NCBI GenBank assembly: GCA_028534125.1
Contig: CM052824.1
Coordinates: 50,406,001 to 50,470,000 of the forward strand
Source of the DNA: Lama glama
Taxonomy: Eukaryota
Reading direction: 5' to 3'
DNA: 64,000 nt
Under the pieces are notes generated by a model. The model worked only from the letters and a program-made list of their open reading frames with translations, was not told where the DNA came from and did not search any database. The position numbers were made by a program, and so were the translations under genes. Below, one piece after another: positions 57,700 to 64,000 of this stretch (positions are counted from its first letter, which is position 1; every line of letters starts with the position of its first letter).

Positions 57700-58990
57700 G
57701 GTATCAGAGCCCAAATGCCACAAAACGTATCCCTGTGTGTGTTTGGGGGGGGTGGTGGTGGTGGCAGTAGTGAGTTACATATAAAGGTATTCATCAATTT
57801 GGTAAAAATGTGTGGATAAAGGAAGCCCAGCTTTTCACAACAGATACGGTTAGATTGGAATTTGAGGTGTCAGTGTAGATGCATGGCTTCCAATATAATA
57901 GAGATACAGAAATAAATATAGATCTAAGTGCGTGTATTATGTGTTTACCATATAGTGTGTGTGTGTATATATATATCTGTGTACGTGTGTGTGTGTGTAA
58001 ATAAATACATTTCCTGCCCCTGCCCCCTACTCTGTCTACTGAGACAGCCTGGGATAGCAGCTCCCTGAAAGCAATGAGCACATTCAGCACCCAGATGTTG
58101 GCTTCTACATACCACGCTCAACCAGGGGAACTAGGGTTCCCTAGAGACCTGGCTGATTCTAGGGCTGAGGCAGGGAAAGTACAAGATGAAGCTGGAATAT
58201 CTTGTTGTGCCAGAAATTAAGGAAATACTCAAAGAATAGTGGAGACATGCCAGAATGTCCCAGGAACCACCTGAAGGGGCAACCACTGGCCAATATGAGC
58301 ATTAACGTAAACAATGGATTCCAAATTGTTGATGACAATAAGAAACCATGAGTCCATCCTGCTATAAATAAGTAAGGGAATAAATTGACAGTTTGGTGAT
58401 GAATGGGCTAGTTACATAGTCTCAAAGTAGCTCCTCACAAAATAACTTCTGGATGACAAAGGGAGAAAGAGTCTTTGGCTGTGGAGACGTCTGGCAGACA
58501 CCACCTTCATCAGGTGACCCCGGATGACATAATGGAACAGATGCAAAGCCAAGTCAGTGCCGCCTGGGAGAGTCCTGCCACAAACGAAGCCAGCCAAACC
58601 CGAATTCTACAAGGTAACTGACCCGAAATCTTCAAAAGTGTCAAGGCTGTGAAAGGAAGGATGAGGAACTGGCCCAGAACGAGATCTGACAACTGAGGAC
58701 TGTGTACTGTGTGCTTTTGCTGTAGAGGGCATTGCCCGGCCAGGCCAGTTGGCGCAGGAACACGGGGCCTGGGGAGCGGAAGGTAGCAGTGTTTCAATGC
58801 TATCTTCCTGATTTGATGGTTTTGCTGTGGTTGTGTAGGGAAATGTCCTTGTTTGTAGAACGTAAAGAATTTGAGGTGCTGGGACATCAGGTCAGCAGCT
58901 TAGTTCTCCAAAGGAACCAGAAAAAAGTTCTCAGCGTACAATATTTTCTACAAGTTTGAAATTATCTCAAAGCTTAAAAACTATTAGTAT
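57700..58990 (+). mobile_element. L1M (L1MC/MD-like) 3' fragment with internal TG/TA microsatellite
   Basis: gagcacattcagcacccagat...ggctgattctagggctg...aaagtgtcaagg...caagtttgaaattatctcaaa then A-rich end. Confidence 0.75.
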
Positions 58991-59879
58991 AAAAGTGAGT
59001 AAAACAAAAACAAGAAAAGAACTCTAAAAATGAGAACATCTGAGTAGAGCACTCAGACAAATCCTGACATAGCATGTGCTCATCTAATGTCCATAATTAT
59101 GCCGATGACTGTCCAGCGTCTGGCATCTCCTGGTCTTGTCTTCTTTCTGCCCATCCCTGTCACTTCCCTCCTGGCTCAAAAGCCACCTCCTCCAGGAAGT
59201 CCACCATGCATATGCCACTTACAATTGCTGGTAGCACAGGAAGTATGGGAGAGGGTTGGACTGGATGACATCCCATCCCCAAGCTCCCCTCCTGCCCTGA
59301 CTTGCAGCATCCTCTGATCTGAGTGTCTGCTCCTCTCCTCGGAACAGGTGTCTTCCCAGAAACCACTGGCCCAAGATCAGGGCTGTTGTCACTCCTGTCC
59401 CAGAATCACGGCGAATCTGGTTCATTGAGTCCATTCCCCTGCCTCTTGGCAGGGCAGCTCTTAAACTGGCTTGGTGAAAGGGGACCTTAACTTCCTTCAC
59501 CATTTCCAGGGAACGGGGTTTCAAAAGCACACACATCACACAATCCTTGCAGGCTGGGCTGCCTTGCTTGCTCACGTACCCACTCTGTCACACGGTCGTT
59601 CATCAGCTGTGCATCCCTGGCCGGACGTGCAGAGCGCTTGCTTTGCGCCAGGCACTGAGCCAGGTGCTGTATGCAGCCTCACTCATTTCGTGCTTGTGTG
59701 GTGTGAGGTCGCCGTTACAGTCCCACGTCTCTCTTCCAGATGAGGACACTGAGGCACTGAGAGGCTGAGCCCCTTCTCAGCTGTGCTTTGTCCCTGGAGA
59801 GTCAGCTGTCAGGCTGTGGGCCGGCAGCTCTACCCACATCTGCTCGTCTTATCCCCACGGCCCCCTGTGACGTCCAAAT

Positions 59880-60060
59880 GACTCTATTTTTTAGGGAGCC
59901 TGAAGCTTACACAATTTAGTGGGGACGCTAAGAAAAAGAAGACAAATACATGTTGCTTTTGCAAATCACACAACACACAGGAGCAAATGAACCCATCACT
60001 AGGGCCCCTCCCAGGGCCTTGGGGGAGTCTTGAGGCTTAAGCTCCCTCGGCTTCCGGCTT
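59880..60060. mobile_element. Probable hAT-type MITE fragment
   Basis: gaagcttacacaatt...aagaaaaagaa...agggccttgg...gcttaagct resembles a recalled hAT MITE; family uncertain. Confidence 0.4.
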
Positions 60061-60254
60061 CTGGGTCAACAGCCTGTGCTCAGAGAGGTGGGGTGACTTT
60101 TCCTGGGTCTCTCAGCTCATGAGGAAGGTTTGACCTGAGTTCCCAGGAAATCTTCCCTCTTTGTCCTCTCCCCTGGGTCACTTTCTGAATCTTGCCACAT
60201 TCTCCAGGTGAGCTGCGCCAGGTGAGGCAGGGCTCTGTCTGGCTTTGGCGTGGG

Positions 60255-60415
60255 GCAGTTCGAAACCCCAGGCTGAGACTGGCCTTCAGAATCACCTTGG
60301 GAGCTTGTCAAGACTACATGTTTCTGGGCCCTCAGTACCCCAGACACAGCTTTAATGGGCCTGGGGCAGGGACTGGGAAGCTGTATTTTCAATAGGTCCA
60401 CAGATGTGGCTGATT
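60255..60415. mobile_element. MER5A-like hAT MITE
   Basis: tcagaatcaccttgggagcttgt...tctgggccc...ctgtattttcaata..tccacagatg. Confidence 0.6.
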
Positions 60416-61219
60416 TAATCACCCCTTCGGGGGGACACACTGCTCCTGGGACCACCCACCCCCACCCCTGTCATCTCCATGCCTGGCTCCCTGCCAGGCT
60501 GGGCCTGGCCCTGTGGCTGAGGTCTGTGTTAACACAACGTGGGCTGAGCGGGCCTCATTCCTCAGGTATGCAATTAGCAACCCCGAGAACAATACTCTGT
60601 TTCAATCATTACAGCTCCAAGCCCGCATGGTAATTTGCTGCTTCTTTCACTGCTGTAACAAGCTCTGGCTTGGGAACAGGGGGCGGAGCTCTGTCCTTTG
60701 GTCCCAGCCTTTCTAAACACCTGCACGGGGGCTGTGGGAGAGCAGGAAAGATACCTACACTGTCTGGGACAATCCAGGAAGCCTTCCTGGGAGAGGGGGC
60801 TGTGGGCTGTCCACCGGCAGGACCCAGAAAGGAGCTAGAATTTGGCTCAGTGCTGGGGATGTTGTGGTAGACACAGAGTGGCCCCCATCGAAGCCCTTAA
60901 TGGGGTTCACAGTCTGTTAGAGACAAGAAGGTAGGGAAGCCATTGGATTCAGAGGGGGGCAAATGCGGTTGTGGTCTAAAGGTGCCCCAGTTCAGCTGGG
61001 GTGGGGGCAGGGGGCAGAGCTGACTCCCTGGGAGGGGAGGATGCCTCCACTGAGCCGTGAAGGGCAAGTAGAGGTGGGACAGGTGAAGGGGGTGGGATGG
61101 GATGGGTGGACAAGTTTTCTGATCAGAAGGAACAGTATATGCAAAGACCAATGAGGCTGGAGATGCAAATGGGGCCCCCTCAGCCAGGCTGAGGGGTTGG
61201 ACCCCATCTAAAGAGTGCC

Positions 61220-61770
61220 GTCTGGCAGGTTATTTTTTTTTTCCCAAAGGCGGCTGTAACACTATCTCCCAACACGTTTACTTTCTTTCAACATGACCTT
61301 GACATTCGTCTCATCTAGTGCTGGGGTCTATATTCCCTTGCCTTGAACCCAGGCGGAATTTTCTGTGTATGACACTCTGTGACCTCCAAAGTTAGGTCAT
61401 AAAAATGCTTTTCCATCTTACTCTCTCGGGATGTTCATTCTTTGAACCCAGCTGTCATGCTGTGAGGAAGCCCAAACTAGTCCACGCAGAGACACCGTGT
61501 GCAGGAGGCCCAGCCAGCAGCCCTGCTGACGTCTCGCTGACAGCCAGCTTCAGCAGCCAGGCCCCCCGAGCAGACGCTCCCCAGACGACTCCAGCCCCGC
61601 CCACACAGCCACCCCAGCCTTCCAGTTTTTCCCATGAGGCCCCAAACATCACAGAGCAGAGTCAAGCCATCCCCGATGGGCCCTGTCTGCCCTTGACCCA
61701 CCGACTCTGAGCATAATAAAGGGGTGGTTTTATGCCACCAAGTTTTGTTACCTGGCACTAGTAACTGGTG
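61220..61770 (+). mobile_element. MaLR solo LTR (MLT1G/H-like)
   Basis: gaacccagctgtcatgctgtgaggaagccca...gagcagagtcaagccatcccc...gagcataataaa...gccaccaagttttg. Confidence 0.8.
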
Positions 61771-63299
61771 CAGACGGTGAGCTGCCAAAGGAGGCGACTT
61801 GGTGGAGGGAAGCTTTGGAAAGTTCACCGGGTCTGCAGTGTGGAGAGGGGGTTGGGAGGGCGGAGCCTGGAGACAGGTCTGTTAGTGAAATAAACGAAAT
61901 TTGAAACCTCGGCACCAAGACCACGTTTGAACAACCTCCAGCAGTGTGAGAACGCCAGCCACACTGTGCTGAGTGATACTCAGCCTCTGCCTGCCCACTC
62001 AGGCCTCACCAGGCTGCCCTTTCCTTTATCCCTCAGCTCTGAGGGTCACCATGTTCTTTCTGGGGTCCAGTTGACATCTGCATCCCTGAAGCATCCTTGT
62101 GCTGGCACTGTTTGGTCCTCAGAACTCCCACGCAATCCTTCTCTCCCACCTGGTCCTTCGAGGATTGGGCGATGGTGACCCTACCATCTATTCTCCTGTT
62201 GAATCAGCAGCTCTGGTTCTGTCAATTGCTCCTCACATGGTTTTGACCTGCAGACCTGGGTTCTAGTGGAGGATCCGCCAGGCCCAGCTGAGTGGCCTGG
62301 GCTCACCTCCCTGAGCCTCAGGGAGGGTGACAGGAGTTACTAAGGCATTTGGTGCAGTACAGGGGCTCAGTCAACGTCAGCTCATATGGTCCGGCTGTAA
62401 CCCTCGTCTTGCTGCCTCTCGTGGCTGCTGTGAAAAGCAACTGAGCCAAAGGGCAGGAAAAAGCTTTACATACTGTGAATCGCCGGGATGGGGGTGGGGG
62501 GACATGGCTGTCACTCTTCCATTATTCTTTTGAAACAACTCAACATTGACCTAACCTGCTCCTGGGGAGCAAGCAGGGACTCAGGGGGTGAGGGCCATCT
62601 TTCAGGGGACACTGGGATGGCATGGTCCTCTGGAGTCAAAAGTGGCTCTATTCACAGCTGTCATCCTCCCTCCCCCAGCCTGGCTCCCGGTGGAGCCCCC
62701 CCAAGTGGTGGAGGCTCTGACTGTGCCATCCCCACGCCCACCAGCTCCTCATCAGTGTGAGGTCACAGTCAGTGGCAAGGGTTTTCTGAAAGGGCTGAGG
62801 TGCCGAAGGGCTGGGGCAATGGGTTTAACGAATTCCTAGTCTCTCCTCGGTACACCAAGCCCCTGGGGCTGCCGCCTCCCCTTGTCCAGGTCTCCCTGGA
62901 CAGTTCAACCAGCCGGATCGTGTGCCAGGAGCTGTGCTGGGCTCATGTTGACTCAGGTGGCTTGGGCTGCCAGGGATGGAGAGAACAAAGGAGCTCCTGG
63001 GGCCCCTGCGGGGAAAGGAAGGGACTGGAAGGGGCAGGTCCTGGTCCCTCCCTCTACATTAACCACATCAGGTCCAATTGGATCTGATTTGTGTATTGGA
63101 GTTCCACTCAAGACTTTGAAGAAAAGTTTCTGTTGAAACTAAATCAAGGTCTTAAAACATCTGCTTTAGCCCACTGAACCTAGAGAGGGGAACGGCTTGC
63201 CCAGGTCACATGACCAGGCAGTAGCAGAAATGGAACTAGAGCCTGATGGAGGAGAGGTTCGCTCTCCGCCTCCCCAGGCATCCATCTCCCCTTCCCCAC

Positions 63300-63700
63300 T
63301 TCCCATTCCAGGTGAGGACCCACGACTGGAACCTGTGATTCAAACTAAGCCAATCAGTGTGTTCCATTTCTCTGGCCACAGGGATTGGCTCAGTGGGGAA
63401 TATGTGACCAAAGCAGGGCCGATCAGAGTGCATCTCAGGACTTGGCGCTGGGAATGTTGGGACTAAGATGTTTTCTCCTTCCTACTGGGGGTGCTGAGGG
63501 GGAGCACTTTTGGGTCAGGACTGAGCCAGCCATGGGAGGAGCCAACTATGCAGCAGGCAGGGGAAAGAAGAGACAAAAGTGGGCTCTTGGTGATTTTTAG
63601 AGCAGCTGGAGCCAGCCTCACGTGCTGTCAGACTTCTGGACCTCTTCATTGTTTGGGCCAGTTTTGAATCAGATCTTTAAGTTCAGCTACACAACACTGT
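63300..63700 (+). mobile_element. ERVL LTR16-like solo LTR fragment
   Basis: aagccaatcag...ctggccacagggattggctcag...atgtgaccaaagcagggccgatcagag. Confidence 0.6.
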
Positions 63701-64000
63701 AACTGGAAGCATCTTCCTGTGCAGGTGTCTGTTCCCAGGCCTGGTAAACCGCCATGACCACCGGGCACTTGCAGGTTCATGGCCCTTTGACCTCTGAGCC
63801 CCTCCTCCAGGTTGCTTTCATTCCCTCACCCTCTGAAGATGCCAGACAGGCAGGCACCCACACCAGGTTCCTGGCTTGGCCATTGGATCCGGTGGGGCTG
63901 CCTTTCTCACCGAAGCCACTGCCTGCAGCCCACCCACCATCCACGAGCTGCGGGCGCTTCAGACCCTGAATCATCCACCTTCAGAGGCCTCTGCACCTGA

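Noticed and set aside
45400-64000. Many 60-230 aa ORFs in the downstream region (e.g. 53912-54616, 52315-52983)
   Set aside because: Pro/Gly/Ser/Arg-rich translations typical of stop-poor GC-rich DNA, overlapping on both strands and often inside L2/MIR/LTR remnants. No recognisable domain or exon chain.
1-64000. Prokaryote-style systems (CRISPR, operons, defence islands) or foreign inserted DNA
   Set aside because: No spaced direct-repeat array, no long intronless ORF and no compositional discontinuity seen; everything fits a mammalian spliced gene plus repeats

Overview
Mammalian genomic DNA. The tRNA-derived SINEs look like the camelid vic-1 family, so camel, alpaca or llama is likely. Bases 645-44213 (+) hold the last 38 coding exons of UBR4 (p600, giant N-degron-pathway E3/E4 ligase). 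I walked every visible GT-AG junction and the phases join into one open frame of about 1803 codons ending ...KDLLNSVP*. Against the 5183-aa human protein (recalled numbering) this is about residues 3381-5183. It covers the Cys-rich Zn region, the calmodulin-binding helix, the UBL-like region and the hemiRING E3 module. A short 3' UTR follows, with AATAAA at 44509. Bases ~44.6-64 kb are GC-rich intergenic DNA with old repeats (MIR, L2, L1M, hAT MITEs, MLT1 and LTR16 LTRs) and no recognisable gene. There are four N gaps, two of them inside UBR4 exons. I see no convincing new biological system. The best leads are candidate cryptic or poison exons around the C-terminal E3 module, a decayed counterpart of a human-isoform exon, a Pumilio element in the 3' UTR and a homeodomain/SOX motif cluster. 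All are untested sequence-level hypotheses.
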